A DNA stretch of 64,000 bases. Origin: Patescibacteria group bacterium (lineage in GTDB: Bacteria; Patescibacteriota; Patescibacteriia; PEXW01). The DNA lies in the NCBI GenBank assembly GCA_041665345.1, contig JBAYJA010000001.1, forward strand, positions 137,206 through 201,205. Reading direction: 5' to 3'. Positions 24,965 to 35,339 of the stretch are shown piece after piece (positions within the stretch are counted from its first letter, which is position 1; the number at the start of each line of letters is the position of its first letter). Position numbers and translations under genes: made by a program. The notes beneath the pieces were generated by a model. The model saw only the letters and a list, made by a program, of their open reading frames with translations, ran no database searches and was not told the origin of the DNA.

Positions 24965-24995
24965 CCTCGACACAGTCGGGGCGCTTTTTTCGTCG
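24965..24995. terminator. hairpin aaagcgccccctcgacacagtcggggcgcttt plus T-run; shared by the convergent mini-protein and sod genes
   Basis: Stem gcgcccc/ggggcgc with flanking A/T runs. Confidence 0.7.
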
Positions 24996-25008
24996 AATAA
25001 ATTCGTGC

Positions 25009-25623
<615 letters not shown>

Positions 25624-25736
25624 ATGGTAATGGTTAGCGGAGAGTGTCTGTAGTAAAGGCGTGTTGGGCTGGATTGTCAACTCGTGCTTTTTTGGGCGGA
25701 GTTTTCGGGAGCGGGGAGTCATGGTACACTCGGGGT

Positions 25737-26399
25737 ATGAAAAAAGCTTTACGCGTGGTCACGATGCTCGTCTGGCTGGCTATCGCCATTGCCCCAGCCT
25801 ACGTTTTTTTCCAGGAACGGGACGGTTTGGTTTTTCTGGAAGGCCTAACCTTCACAGATGCCTGCCGAGAACTTTTCCCCTTAGTGGGTTTGTATGCCTT
25901 CACCCTGGTGTGGACCCAGGTGCTGTTGGGTTCGATGATGTCCAAGTGGACCAAGTGGGTGGGCTTGGGTTTTGCGCAGCACCGCGTGGTGGGGCCCACG
26001 GTCTTACTCTTCGCGCTTATCCATCCTGTCCTCCTGTTGGTGGGCGTGGGTTGGACTGACTACCTGAACCGTTCATACGTGGAGCCCACGCAGCAGGTCT
26101 TCATCTACTTTGGTTTGACGGCGCTCCTGCTGGTGCTGCTTACTGCCTTATCCGCCCTGCTTCGGACGCGCCCCTGGGTGCAGCGCTGGTGGCGGAAAGT
26201 GCACGTCTTCAACTACATCGTGTTTGCCAGCGCCTGGATTCACTCGTGGAATTTAGGCACCGATATTCAAAGTACCGGCTTACGTTTTCTGTGGATTGGC
26301 TTTGGGATCACCGGCGCCATTGCCATGACTGTCCGCGTGGTGCACCTCTGGCGCCGTCACCTGGCCGCGGCAGTTGACGTCCACCCCACGCAGCCGTAA
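25737..26399 (+). CDS. ferric-reductase-like transmembrane (di-heme) domain protein
   Basis: Multi-TM protein with paired His residues in helices (HRVVG...LIHP; [16 protein letters not shown]). Divergent from sod. Confidence 0.5.
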   Translation: MKKALRVVTMLVWLAIAIAPAYVFFQERDGLVFLEGLTFTDACRELFPLVGLYAFTLVWTQVLLGSMMSKWTKWVGLGFAQHRVVGPTVLLFALIHPVLLLVGVGWTDYLNRSYVEPTQQVFIYFGLTALLLVLLTALSALLRTRPWVQRWWRKVHVFNYIVFASAWIHSWNLGTDIQSTGLRFLWIGFGITGAIAMTVRVVHLWRRHLAAAVDVHPTQP

Positions 26400-26438
26400 G
26401 GTAGGAGGAACAATGTCCATTTGAAGAAAGGAGTAGGG

Positions 26439-26840
26439 ATGATCACCGTCATCAATGCTTTTGCGGTTAGCAAAGGGAAGGTCTTGCTGGTTCAGAAAGG
26501 CGAGTTTTGGATTTTACCCGGTGGAAAATTGGAACCCGATGAAACCGACGGGGAAGGTTTGCACCGGGAATTCCATGAAGAGCTGCCGCTGGCAACGTTG
26601 CACATACAAGTTGCACTCGGTAAGGTTATAGGCCTCACTCCGGGAAGCGGCCAACGGGCTTGTGTCTACATCTACGGTTGCAGTGTTGAAGGTGACATTA
26701 CTCCTGCGGCAGAGATTGCTACAGCTGGATGGTTTACCTTGCTGGAAGCACGACTGTTGCCACTTTCACCAATCACGCAGGCCATCCTTACTCAGCACGA
26801 ATCGTTCCTTCTGGCTTCCAAACCCCTTACGAAATCGTGA
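26439..26840 (+). CDS. Nudix hydrolase (MutT-like)
   Basis: GGKLEPDETDGEGLHREFHEELP Nudix box. AAAGGAG SD. Confidence 0.7.
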   Translation: MITVINAFAVSKGKVLLVQKGEFWILPGGKLEPDETDGEGLHREFHEELPLATLHIQVALGKVIGLTPGSGQRACVYIYGCSVEGDITPAAEIATAGWFTLLEARLLPLSPITQAILTQHESFLLASKPLTKS

Positions 26841-27048
26841 GGGGTTTTTCTTCAACGCGCAGTGCGACAAAGCAGCCATTGACAAAAACTATGGCCAGCA
26901 GTAGGCTTTTTTGATGTTTGGCACCTTGAAAAAAGAACGTGGTCATAGCCATTAGATCCTCATCGGTGAGTAGCTAGTGGCTATGACCACTACAGTGGTG
27001 GTTTTTGGCAAACAACAACGGCACATGTGCCAAAACAAGGAGGAAGAC

Positions 27049-27672
27049 ATGTCTTCTTACTTAGAAGGTCAAACCCATCAGTTGATGGACAGACTTGAAG
27101 CAGAAGGCTTCAAACCTCATGACATCACGCTTCTTGGGCAGTCAACGCAACTGCCCGACATTCTCAAGGTACTTCACGGCCGCGCAAAGATCGTCCCGAT
27201 TGCACCTAAGGAAGAAATTCCATTGGACACCATCGTCCACATTGTTCGTTCCATCAAGCCGGTCTACCCCGACTTTGTTAAAAAAGTCATGCATTCAGAG
27301 CTTGAGAAAACCGGTCCGCTTATATACGACATTGCCAGTGCAGTTTCGCTGTGGCTGCACGACAAGCAGAAGAACAGCGGTGTCGTCGACGGCAAAGTCA
27401 TCTACGACTACCTCAAGCAGAACAACATGCTTGCGTCGTGCGGCAATCTGCAAGACGCTCTCGCAATCCAAAAGCTGGGCGTTGCTGCCTTTCAGAAAGC
27501 CTTCGGCAATAATGTCGTGTACTTCTGGAAGTCAGTCGTGCAGTACCGCGATGGCCGCCTGCTCGTCCCGTCCCTTTGTGTGGAGGGTGGCCAGGTCGCG
27601 TTGGGTTGGCGCTGGCTCCGCGATGACTGGCATGACGGCCGGCCCGCGGTTCGCTTCGCAAGTAGCAAATAG
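27049..27672 (+). CDS. hypothetical protein
   Basis: AGGAGG SD then ATG 27049. No motif I recognise. Confidence 0.5.
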   Translation: MSSYLEGQTHQLMDRLEAEGFKPHDITLLGQSTQLPDILKVLHGRAKIVPIAPKEEIPLDTIVHIVRSIKPVYPDFVKKVMHSELEKTGPLIYDIASAVSLWLHDKQKNSGVVDGKVIYDYLKQNNMLASCGNLQDALAIQKLGVAAFQKAFGNNVVYFWKSVVQYRDGRLLVPSLCVEGGQVALGWRWLRDDWHDGRPAVRFASSK

Positions 27673-27821
27673 TCCTTAGGTTTTGGAACCTTTGGTCCTT
27701 GGTTTTAGCCCTTTGGACTAACATATAAAAACCCTGCATCTTCATTTCGTTACAAACGAATGATGAATGTGGGGTTTCTTTTTTTGTATAAAAAAGCCCC
27801 AACCGAAGTTGGGGCGGAATC

Positions 27822-28805
27822 CTACTGATTCAGGATTGTACTGGCGATAATGCGTGCGGCAACTGCTTTCGCTTGCAGTGCTTCAGGGCTAGGGGCGACC
27901 AGAATGACAAAGTCAAGTTGGGTGGACTGGCCAGGCGGAAGTTGCGGAACCATGGCGTACTGGTAGTACACGCAGTCGTAGTTTTGTTTGGTGAGTGGGA
28001 GGTTTTCCATATCACCATTGAAGATATCACGGGAGCTCCAGTGTCCAAAATTTCCAAATTCACCAATGCGACTTTGACTTTCGGTAAATGGGTTGGCAAT
28101 GAACGATCCAATGACTCCAGGCGTAACCGTGCTGCCCCATGCTTGATCATACCCATCAACATCGTAGGTGTAGAGCAGCCCAGGAAATGCTCCAACCGCA
28201 TCATCAAGCCGACCGGCGTCGGTGAAGCCATGTGATTCTCCAATATCAGCATCCAGGTACAGGCCAAGCGAGAGCGGGGAGAAGTTTTCCGTTCCGCAGT
28301 TCACCACGGTGAGCCGAAGGAAGAGGCAGCCGGTAAATAACGGCGCATCCGTGGTGCTGGTCCGCAGGGTGCAGAGAAACGTAGACCCATGCGACTGATC
28401 GTTGAGGATGGTTTCCGTTTGCTCCAACATGAACGACGTGAGTGTGTCATTCAGGATGAGCGGGGCACGGCGGAGGGAAACCGGTTTTTGCGTACCATCA
28501 GGTTGCACCACACCCATCAACTCATTTGTCGTTGAGGCGATGTACTCGTGATTTTTCGTCGCGCCGTTCAGGAGGAACCCGCACTCACCCAGGTAATTCC
28601 GGCCAGAACCCGCGGGCCATTCAAATGATGGGAGATCAAGGCCGGGGTAGCCACCAATGGCGCCCCAGGCGGCAACCGTTGTTCGGAAACCAGCGTGGTC
28701 GAGGATCGTTGGCGTTGGCGGCGTGGTATACCAGGCCAGTGCGGTTTGAAACAGGAGTGTGCTGAGAGCCAGCAAACGAAGGCAGAAATGGAATGAGCGT
28801 TTCAT
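27822..28805 (-). CDS. secreted hypothetical protein (signal peptide)
   Basis: MKRSFHFCLRLLALSTLLFQTALA signal peptide, then 300 aa of unknown domain. Confidence 0.6.
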   Translation of the reverse strand: MKRSFHFCLRLLALSTLLFQTALAWYTTPPTPTILDHAGFRTTVAAWGAIGGYPGLDLPSFEWPAGSGRNYLGECGFLLNGATKNHEYIASTTNELMGVVQPDGTQKPVSLRRAPLILNDTLTSFMLEQTETILNDQSHGSTFLCTLRTSTTDAPLFTGCLFLRLTVVNCGTENFSPLSLGLYLDADIGESHGFTDAGRLDDAVGAFPGLLYTYDVDGYDQAWGSTVTPGVIGSFIANPFTESQSRIGEFGNFGHWSSRDIFNGDMENLPLTKQNYDCVYYQYAMVPQLPPGQSTQLDFVILVAPSPEALQAKAVAARIIASTILNQ

Positions 28806-28985
28806 GCGATTTTCCTTTCTTGAGGGTTTTTGGTGTTCTCCACACTGTAGATGCAGGAAACCTCCGCGTCAAGCCATAAGGCACTGCAGGGCAGATTGAA
28901 AACTATCAGTGGAGGGTGTGGGACATTTGCACAAAAAAACGGCACACCAGAATAGGTGTGCCGAAAGTGACGCAGGCGGTGTTTG

Positions 28986-29417
28986 TTAGAGTGCCTGACT
29001 CGTTCGTAGGTGTAGGTACTTCACCATTTGCCGCAGGGCTACGGGGGTCAGCGCAGTTTCTTCAATAACAATTGCAGTGCCACACGGGAAGTTGATATGG
29101 TATTGCCCCCGGTGCGGGACAAAGCCAATGCCTGGGTGTGCCTGCATGATTTGCTTCCAGAAGTCGCTGCGCTCCAGGAGCAGGACAATGAGTTGCCGCC
29201 GGAGCTGGGTTTCCGGGTGAGACCAGGAGTACACTTTGGTTTGCCGGCGCGCCTGGAGAAAGGCAAAAATTGCCACACAGTCTGCTGTGGTCAGCCGACC
29301 TCTCATTTCCCCAAATGTCTCCAAGACAATTTTAATGGAACCCCTAGCAATATCTTCCATAATAAGGGCTGAGAGCGGGGTTGCCAAAAGTTGCTTTCGC
29401 TGTTTATTCTTGTTCAC
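28986..29417 (-). CDS. hypothetical protein
   Basis: 143-aa ORF with no motif. Confidence 0.45.
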   Translation of the reverse strand: MNKNKQRKQLLATPLSALIMEDIARGSIKIVLETFGEMRGRLTTADCVAIFAFLQARRQTKVYSWSHPETQLRRQLIVLLLERSDFWKQIMQAHPGIGFVPHRGQYHINFPCGTAIVIEETALTPVALRQMVKYLHLRTSQAL

Positions 29418-29543
29418 GTCCTCCCTCCAAAGAAAATTTCCGGTGTGGTAAAAGAGCTATCCTTTGCAATGCGATTCTGGCATGTGGCAGCCCTGGCGTC
29501 AACTGAGGGCTGGCCGCAGAGCGCTGATCTTTTGTGCTAAAGT

Positions 29544-29951
29544 ATGGATATGCAGGACAGACCAGCCATTCCAACTCCCCATCCCCGCCCGCTCCGGCTG
29601 TTCTTTTTCTGGTCGGGTGTCATTGCCACAATTTGCTACCGGGCGATTATCTTTTTCAGTGACGCCAATCCCGCACTTTTGAAAGGCTCCTGGTACATTG
29701 GTACCGTCGGTTTTATTATTTACTTTGCCCACCGGTTCCAAATTGCCCAGCGGCGAAGTATGGTGCTCCAAAAATACAATCTCGCACAGAAAGTCCCTCA
29801 GCTTGCTGAGTTGTCAGCTGAAGAGCGGCAAGCCATGACCTACGTTTTTCAAACCCTGGGTTCCAGCCGAGAGAAGTGGAACTACATTCTCATCTTCGTT
29901 TCCTCGGGTGTCGCCTTGCTCGCTGGGGTGTACCTGGACTTCTTGCGGTAA
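29544..29951 (+). CDS. hypothetical membrane protein
   Basis: 3-4 hydrophobic helices. Confidence 0.45.
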   Translation: MDMQDRPAIPTPHPRPLRLFFFWSGVIATICYRAIIFFSDANPALLKGSWYIGTVGFIIYFAHRFQIAQRRSMVLQKYNLAQKVPQLAELSAEERQAMTYVFQTLGSSREKWNYILIFVSSGVALLAGVYLDFLR

Positions 29952-30004
29952 AGGACTTGACCGGAATATATTAGCTGCTAAACTATGTAGCAGCGACCTT
30001 TTGT

Positions 30005-30433
30005 ATGACCAATCTCCAATCACGCCAGCAACTCATTGAGCAATTCCAGGAAGGCATTCGGGCCATTGGCCGGAAACTCTGGAGTGGGGTTGGCCACACC
30101 TTGGCAAAATGCACGCTTCATCCGGGGCAGGCGCGTTTGCTCTACCTCATGCACCAGCAGGGCACAACAACCACCAAAGTGCTGGCTACCGTTCTGGGCA
30201 CCACGCCCAGTGCGGCAACGCAGCTGGTGGAAAGCCTGGTACAGCTTGGCTTGGTTGCGCGGAAGGCTGATACACGGGACCGGCGGGTTGCTTGGCTCAC
30301 CCTATCACCGAAAGGGAGGAAGACCTTTGCGACTTTCCACCGTGCGCACCTCCGCCGTCTCGCCAAGCTTTTGCAGCCGCTCACCAATGCAGAACTAGCG
30401 CAGTTCACTTCTCTCCAACGTAAACTCCTCTAA
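30005..30433 (+). CDS. MarR-family transcriptional regulator
   Basis: wHTH pattern (LLYLMHQQG...TTKVLATVLG...LVESLVQLGLVARKADTRDRRV). Immediately upstream of the ABC exporter. Confidence 0.8.
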   Translation: MTNLQSRQQLIEQFQEGIRAIGRKLWSGVGHTLAKCTLHPGQARLLYLMHQQGTTTTKVLATVLGTTPSAATQLVESLVQLGLVARKADTRDRRVAWLTLSPKGRKTFATFHRAHLRRLAKLLQPLTNAELAQFTSLQRKLL

Positions 30434-30438
30434 CCTTT

Positions 30439-31365
30439 ATGCACATGGCCGAGCATATTATCCAAGTACAGAATCTCAAGAAGCAGTATGGTGATTTTAC
30501 TGCCGTTGACGGCATTTCCTTTACCGTTGAAAAAGGTGAGACGTTTGGGATTTTAGGTCCGAACGGGGCTGGGAAAACCACGACGCTGGAAATGATGGAA
30601 GGTTTGAAAGGCATCACGGGTGGTACGGTTCTCCTTGATGGGAAAGATGTGAGTAAGCTGACTCGGGAGGTTAAAGCGGTGATTGGTGTGCAACTCCAGT
30701 CCTCAGCTTTCTTTGACGGGCTAAACTTGAAAGAGTTGGTGGAAACTTTTGGCGCGTTGTACGGCAAAGAAGTTGATGCCATGAAATTACTTCGTGAGGT
30801 CCAGCTTGAGGAGAAATGGAAAAGTAAAGTAAAGGAGTTGTCTGGCGGGCAGAAGCAGCGGCTGTCCATTGCCGTGGCTTTGGTCAACCAACCCAAGGTG
30901 CTGTTCCTGGACGAACCAACCACGGGGTTGGATCCGCAAGCTCGGCGGAATTTGTGGGATTTGATTAACCAGATAAAAGGCCGCGGTGTCACCATTATCC
31001 TCACCACGCACTACATGGAAGAAGCCGAAGTGCTCTGCGACCGGATTGCAATTATGGATCATGCCAAGATCATGACGCTGGATACGCCGCACAACCTTCT
31101 GAAGCTCGCGGATGTTGGGACCACGGTGCAATGCAATGTGGATCGTGCGATTTCCGTGGAAACATTGGGGCAACTTCCGGAGATCTCCGGTGTGGAGGTG
31201 ATGGACCATATGTTCACCTTTAAAACCAAGCAGCCAGAGAAAGCGTTGCCCGCGCTCTTTACCCTGGCGCAGCAGCAGGGGGTTGCTTTGCACGATGTGC
31301 AGGTGCACCAGGCGACGTTGGAAGATGTCTTCCTGAAGCTCACCGGACGGAAACTCCGCGAGTAA
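30439..31365 (+). CDS. ABC transporter ATP-binding protein
   Basis: Walker A GPNGAGKTT, signature LSGGQKQR, Walker B LFLDEPTTGLD. Confidence 0.9.
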   Translation: MHMAEHIIQVQNLKKQYGDFTAVDGISFTVEKGETFGILGPNGAGKTTTLEMMEGLKGITGGTVLLDGKDVSKLTREVKAVIGVQLQSSAFFDGLNLKELVETFGALYGKEVDAMKLLREVQLEEKWKSKVKELSGGQKQRLSIAVALVNQPKVLFLDEPTTGLDPQARRNLWDLINQIKGRGVTIILTTHYMEEAEVLCDRIAIMDHAKIMTLDTPHNLLKLADVGTTVQCNVDRAISVETLGQLPEISGVEVMDHMFTFKTKQPEKALPALFTLAQQQGVALHDVQVHQATLEDVFLKLTGRKLRE

Positions 31366-31390
31366 ATCCCGCGACACTCACTCTACACCT

Positions 31391-32491
31391 ATGACCATTC
31401 GCAAACTCACCATCGCTTCTCTAAAGATGTTCGTGCGGAATAAGCAGGCGCTGTTCTTCACCATTTTCATGCCCTTCATTTTCATTGGCATCTTTGGTCT
31501 CATTGGCTTTGACAAGCCACAGACCATTGATTTGGGCATTGTCACGGAGAACCCATCTCCAGCCACGCAGACGTTCGTAGATTCTTTAAACGACATTTCG
31601 GTTTTTAAAGTTCATAGCGGGACTGAGACGGGTGAACGTGCTGAACTGCAGAACGGGAAACGAGCGGTTGTGGTGCTGATCCCAGACAATCTTTTCCCAG
31701 ACCCAAAGAGCAAAACAGTCCCAGCACCAAAGCAGGTCGTCATCTTGAAGAATGTAGCGTACGAGCAGCAGGGACAGACCGCCATTAGCATTCTGAACCA
31801 GCTCTTTGACAAGACCACGCTGCAGGTGACCAAGGCACCCACGCTCTTCAACCTCGATGTGCAATCCATCAACGCCAAGAAAGTGCGGTACATTGATTTC
31901 CTGCTCCCGGGCATTGTAGCTATGTCCATTATGCAAATGGCCGTCTTCTCCGTCGCCTTTGTGTTCACGGATTATAAAGAGAAGGGGATTCTGAAGCGCT
32001 TGCTGGCCACGCCCATGAAACCGCAGGATTTTGTAGCGTCCCAAGTTATCACTCGGTTGATTGTGGCCGTTGCTCAGTCTGCCATACTGCTGGCTGTGGG
32101 CGCGCTCATCTTCAAGTCGCATATTTACGGTAATCCACTGCTCATTTTGCTGACGGTACTCCTGGGGAGCATTATGTTCCTCGGTCTTGGTTTCACCATC
32201 TCCGGTCTGTCCAAAACCGTGGAGGCTGTGCCGGCAATCGCAAACATCATTATCTTCCCCATGCTTTTCCTCTCTGGGATTTTCTTTCCCACCACCAGCA
32301 TGCCGGGCTGGTTGCAGCATGTGGTGGAGTACCTACCATTGCAACCTTTTGCCAATGCGTTGCGATCTATTGTGGGGGAAGGCGCGAGTTTCAACGCTAT
32401 CAAAGGTGACCTGGCGTGGGTCTTTGGCTGGGCCGTGGTTCTGGTCGTGCTCGCTGTGGTCACCTTCCGCTTTGAGGAAAAACGAGTGTAG
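31391..32491 (+). CDS. ABC-2 family transporter permease
   Basis: 6-TM permease. The first TM is followed by a long periplasmic loop. Confidence 0.8.
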   Translation: MTIRKLTIASLKMFVRNKQALFFTIFMPFIFIGIFGLIGFDKPQTIDLGIVTENPSPATQTFVDSLNDISVFKVHSGTETGERAELQNGKRAVVVLIPDNLFPDPKSKTVPAPKQVVILKNVAYEQQGQTAISILNQLFDKTTLQVTKAPTLFNLDVQSINAKKVRYIDFLLPGIVAMSIMQMAVFSVAFVFTDYKEKGILKRLLATPMKPQDFVASQVITRLIVAVAQSAILLAVGALIFKSHIYGNPLLILLTVLLGSIMFLGLGFTISGLSKTVEAVPAIANIIIFPMLFLSGIFFPTTSMPGWLQHVVEYLPLQPFANALRSIVGEGASFNAIKGDLAWVFGWAVVLVVLAVVTFRFEEKRV

Positions 32492-32540
32492 GGGAGAAGC
32501 CATAAAGCCATAGAGCCGTAAGCCATAGGCCGTAAACTAG
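32491..32540 (+). repeat. octamer/heptamer tandem array (GCYRTAAR-like: gccataaa gccataga gccgtaa gccatag gccgtaa) directly after a stop codon
   Basis: Family members also at 34594-34633, 41549-41580, 63631-63668, plus variant 58905-58960. All abut the stop codons of + strand genes. Confidence 0.7.
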
Positions 32541-32556
32541 GGAGTCAGCTATAATA

Positions 32557-32625
32557 CCGCTCCGAAGATTCGACGGGGTCGAATGTCGGAGCTCCAAGTG
32601 CGTTAGACGAATCGAGGGGTAGAGA
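32557..32625 (+). repeat. intergenic hairpin repeat D, copy 1 (ccgctccgaagattcgacggggtcgaatgtcggagctcc...)
   Basis: About 90% identical to 41486-41524. Both sit next to octamer arrays. Confidence 0.7.
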
Positions 32626-32678
32626 CTATGTGGTTGTTGTTCCAGAGCGGCTTTTCCTCATGCTATACTCTTTTGCAT

Positions 32679-33527
32679 ATGAAACAACGAATGCTTGGTT
32701 TTATTGTGTTAGGATTTTTGCTTGGTATTGTGAGCATGCCGCAGCTGAGTTTTGCAGCGTCCGATCGCATCGTGCATTCCAATTCTTCTTGGCGAAAGTA
32801 TACTGACCTCGTTACCTCCCGTGGCAAGTTTACGGTCCAGGTGGTTGCCGTCAATTTGCAGAACCCAAAACTTCGGATCGCCACCCTGACGAATACGAAA
32901 GGGGACTGCAAAGACAACTGTCCGGTAGCCCCGCTCATCAAGTACGTCCAACGGCTCCAAGGTTTTGCAGGTATTAACGGCACGTACTTCTGTCCAGCAG
33001 ACTACGCCGCTTGCCGGAATCAAGACGGTTCCTACTTTTGGATGGTCTACAATTCCATTCACGGGACCTTTGTGAACCAAACCCAGAATAAATTTAACCA
33101 TGGTCCGTTACTCGCTTTTGATACCGAGAACCACTGGCACTTCTGGCGGGAAGCGAAAGACTGGCCCGGGCTAGCCGGGTTTGAAGCGCAGTACGATACC
33201 AGGTTGACGGCGCTCATCTCCAATGGCCCTGCATTGGTCATCAATAAGCAGGTAGTAGTGACTGCAAGTGAATTAGATAGTAAGCAGCGCACAGTGAAGA
33301 GCGCACGAAGTGCTATCGCTTTGAAAGGTCGCAACATTTACTTCTTGGTTGGCAGCAGCGCGACAGTCCTGGACATGGGTGCCATTGCTGCTGCGTTCAA
33401 TATGGAGTACGCCATAAACCTGGACGGCGGCGGTTCATCCGCCTTGGTCTTTGATAACCAGTACCGCGTGGGACCGGGGCGAAATATCCCGAATGCCATT
33501 GTGCTGACGGAAAATCCTGTCCGCTAA
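32679..33527 (+). CDS. phosphodiester glycosidase family protein, secreted
   Basis: Signal peptide. AINLDGGGSSALVF motif typical of the NAGPA-like phosphodiester glycosidase family. Confidence 0.6.
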   Translation: MKQRMLGFIVLGFLLGIVSMPQLSFAASDRIVHSNSSWRKYTDLVTSRGKFTVQVVAVNLQNPKLRIATLTNTKGDCKDNCPVAPLIKYVQRLQGFAGINGTYFCPADYAACRNQDGSYFWMVYNSIHGTFVNQTQNKFNHGPLLAFDTENHWHFWREAKDWPGLAGFEAQYDTRLTALISNGPALVINKQVVVTASELDSKQRTVKSARSAIALKGRNIYFLVGSSATVLDMGAIAAAFNMEYAINLDGGGSSALVFDNQYRVGPGRNIPNAIVLTENPVR

Positions 33528-33562
33528 GCACATTGCTCCAGGTGGGATGAAAGTGGTATAGT

Positions 33563-34591
33563 ATGCCCATGAAGAAAGCCTTCCTCCTTGCCGTCTGTGC
33601 CCTTGCGTTGAGCGTGGGCGTTGCAGCATGTGGGAAGCAGCCGGTGGCAAACACCAATGCAAATCAAAACGCAAACGGGAATGAGAACGTGAATGCCGAA
33701 TTGCCAAATGTGAATGGCGATGCAAATGCGAACGCGAATATCGACCTGAACACGAATGCGAACACCAATGTCAATACAGATACGGATTTTGACGATGACG
33801 GGCTTACCAACGACCAAGAGCGGGAGTACAAGACCGACCCGTTGAACCCCGACTCTGATGGCGATGGGTATACGGATGGCGATGAAGTGCGTACTGGATA
33901 CGATCCAACCAAAATCCCCTCTGAAGATCCAAAGGTCATTAGCCAGCTCCGGCCGGTGAATACCCCCGGGGTACCCGCGCCCATTGTGCGGAATGTGCCG
34001 TTGAAGGCGGTGCAGAGTTTTCCCTTCCGGGTCCGGCGGGATGAAGGCGGGGTGACGTTACGATTAGAGTCGCGGACTGCACTTCCGAATGCCAATTTCG
34101 TGATGGATTTTGCGGGAGGTGAAGACAACCATGGACCGAGTTACGCTTTAGATGGACGCTACAATATCCTCCGCGGAGGTTATGATAAAGGGAAAGTGTG
34201 GGGCGTCTTGAAGGACTTCACGAAAGGCGCACACTTTGCAGCCACGGCAAACATTTCTGGAACCATGACGGTCTACCCAGCGCCAACGCCGCCATTTTCC
34301 ATTAGCGGAACTGGTGAAGGTGGCGTGGAGGATGCTGCGCTGACCTACGATAATCAACTCATTGCGGATTTTCCAAAGAGCGGCTCCTACATTTTTGAAC
34401 TTGGGATAACCAAAGGGAAGATGAAGATATCAATGGAGAATACCAACCTGACGGTTGGGGACAAAGTGTACCAGGCGTATGAGGCAATTAGTAGTACGAG
34501 AATAAAAGCTGACGTAACCGAAGGTCTGCATATTATCAACCTCCAGGCAATTGGATTGACTAGCTGGTCGTTGCGCGTGTCGAAAGGATAG
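33563..34591 (+). CDS. lipoprotein with N-rich linker, thrombospondin-type-3-like Ca-binding Asp repeats and an unknown C-terminal domain
   Basis: Lipobox VAAC. NANQNANGNENVN low-complexity linker. DDDGLTNDQE...DSDGDGYTDGDE repeats. Confidence 0.6.
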   Translation: MPMKKAFLLAVCALALSVGVAACGKQPVANTNANQNANGNENVNAELPNVNGDANANANIDLNTNANTNVNTDTDFDDDGLTNDQEREYKTDPLNPDSDGDGYTDGDEVRTGYDPTKIPSEDPKVISQLRPVNTPGVPAPIVRNVPLKAVQSFPFRVRRDEGGVTLRLESRTALPNANFVMDFAGGEDNHGPSYALDGRYNILRGGYDKGKVWGVLKDFTKGAHFAATANISGTMTVYPAPTPPFSISGTGEGGVEDAALTYDNQLIADFPKSGSYIFELGITKGKMKISMENTNLTVGDKVYQAYEAISSTRIKADVTEGLHIINLQAIGLTSWSLRVSKG

Positions 34592-34770
34592 TGAGGGGAG
34601 AGCCGTAAGCTATAGAGCTATAAGCTGTAAGCCTTTTTTCTTGTTATTGCGAGCTCCAGTAGGAGCGTGGCCTGTCTGCCGACGAGGCAGGCAATCTTGC
34701 GGTAATACGGAACCAAGAAGACTGACCGTGCTCTTTTTTCGCGCCTGGTTTATATAATAATGTCTCCTCG

Positions 34771-34830
34771 GTAAGGGTTACCACCCCCTACCCCCTCCTT
34801 ATGCAAGGAGGGGACAAGTTTGCGGTTCAT
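34771..34830 (+). repeat. intergenic repeat B, copy 1 (cggtaagggttacc...cccctcctt-atgc-aaggagggga...gtttgcggttcat)
   Basis: Copies at 41691-41750 and 59078-59204; the latter is an inverted pair forming a roughly 125-nt hairpin. Confidence 0.7.
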
Positions 34831-34938
34831 CCCAAACCCCACCTTCTAATTCCACTCGCCGCTACACCCAAACCCTCAACCCTGTTCGTAACAGGGTTGA
34901 CGGGATGAGCGGGAACTCCTATCCTGTATGTACGAGTT

Positions 34939-35331
34939 ATGGCGCTTTTTTCTACCCGAACTGACTACGCACTAGTGCTCCTCACTGCATTGGCACGCGA
35001 GGACGGTTTTGCGTCCCTGCGGGTGATTGCCAAACGGCATCGCTTACCCTACCGCTACGTCAGCCGATTAGCTGGGTCTTTGAAGCGGGCAAAAATTTTG
35101 AAAAGTCGGGAAGGGGTGTTGGGTGGGTACGCCCTGGCCAGGCCAGCCAAGAGTATTCGGGTAGCGGAAATTATTGAGCTCTTTGAAGGAAATTTTGGTC
35201 CTGTCCGGTGCATTCACTCGCCCGGTTCGTGTCCATTGGCCAAGGAGTGCACGTTGAAGCCACACTGGAAAGCAATGCACCAGCAGCTGATTGCCACGCT
35301 GCAGAAGTACACCATCGCGGATTTCGCCTAG
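34939..35331 (+). CDS. iscR: Rrf2-family regulator (IscR/SufR-like)
   Basis: N-terminal HTH (DYALVLLTALARE). Three-Cys cluster CIHSPGSCPLAKEC. Heads the suf operon. Confidence 0.8.
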   Translation: MALFSTRTDYALVLLTALAREDGFASLRVIAKRHRLPYRYVSRLAGSLKRAKILKSREGVLGGYALARPAKSIRVAEIIELFEGNFGPVRCIHSPGSCPLAKECTLKPHWKAMHQQLIATLQKYTIADFA

Positions 35332-35339
35332 GCGCGGCT

